Source of the DNA: Octopus sinensis
Taxonomy: Eukaryota
Assembly (NCBI RefSeq): GCF_006345805.1
Contig: NC_043001.1
Coordinates: 127,658,001 to 127,722,000, forward strand
DNA: 64,000 bases
Reading direction: 5' to 3'
Below are positions 63,116 through 64,000 of the stretch, piece after piece; position 1 is the first letter of the stretch; each line of letters begins with the position of its first letter. Below the pieces are notes generated by a model that made no database searches, had not been told where the DNA came from, and was given only the letters and a program-made list of their open reading frames with translations. The translations under genes and the position numbers were made by a program.

Positions 63116-64000
63116 GTAAGAATCGACTTTTTTTCTTTATTTTGCATTGATTTTTGGTGGTGGGGACTGAAGCTGAAATATTTTCTCTCCTTCTCTGAAA
63201 ACATTTATTGACGTTATTCAGTGACTGCATATTAGACTACCAATCGAGAGTTCAGCTGATTGTATCCAAACATTTGTGTGATATTGTATTTGTGGACAAA
63301 ACATAATTCACAAAAAAGGGCCCAGTTCACCAGTTTTCATTCTGTGATTTTAGGGATTATCGTGAACTTTGTGTGATAGCGTAAAAACTGGAGTGAAGCT
63401 GTTTGTTTTGTTTTGTTATAAATAAATGATGATGATGATGATCATCATCATCATTTAGCGTCCGCTTTCCATGCTGGCATGGGTTGGACAGTACAACTGG
63501 GGTCTGGGAAGCCAGAAGGCTGCACCAGGCCCAGTCTGATCTGGCAATGTTTCTACGGTTAGATGCTCTTCCTAACGCCAACCACTCCGAGAGTGTAGTG
63601 GGTGCTTTTACGTGCCAGATGAGGCTGGCAAACGGCCACGATCAGATGGTGCTTTTTATGTACCACCGGCACGGTGTCCAGGCGAGGCTGGCAAACGGCC
63701 ACAATCAGATGGTGCTTTTTACGTGCCACCGGCACGGAAGCCAGTCGGGGCGGCATTGGCAACAGCCACGTTCAGATGGTTCTCTTACGTGCCACCGGCA
63801 CTGGTATCGCAGCTACAGGTATTAATGCATTCAGTATTAAATGTTTAAAATTTAGGATACAGTTTAGTTACAGAGAATTCTAGATTTTCAAAGTTTCAAA
63901 TGAATATATTTGTATTTGATTTACATTCCTGTTCCTGCTAACTTAGGAGAGCCAGAGAAAACAAATCTGTTTGCATAAAATCAAATTGTAGTGGGGACAG

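Overview
Eukaryotic, AT-rich, repeat-dense genomic DNA. The repeat families suggest an Octopus species (inference from remembered families, not a database hit). The one confidently supported protein-coding gene is BBS2 (BBSome subunit) on the + strand. Twelve coding exons lie between 29638 and 63115 with canonical GT-AG junctions. They join into one 1185-nt (395-codon) frame, and the gene runs off the right edge. Almost everything else is transposon-derived: decayed RTE, CR1/L2-type and Penelope-like retroelements, several tRNA-headed SINE families, Tc1/mariner, Tigger/pogo and piggyBac-type elements, non-autonomous Helitrons and microsatellites. Most ORFs in the supplied track are repeat artefacts. 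I found no prokaryotic operon, CRISPR array or genuine tRNA/rRNA gene. The most interesting unexplained signal is a set of five minimal hammerhead-ribozyme motifs. Two sit in a 444-bp unit (3627-4070) made of a Pol III tRNA-like head, (AAT)n and inverted ribozyme-bearing arms, flanked by a 12-bp target-site duplication; this is a candidate Penelope-mobilised ribozyme SINE. Other leads are a composite head-to-tail Helitron, a Tc1 copy with DD36E spacing and a duplicated HTH region, BBS2 intron positions that differ from human, and inverted SINE pairs that bracket BBS2 exons. Repeat boundaries were read by eye and may be off by some bases.
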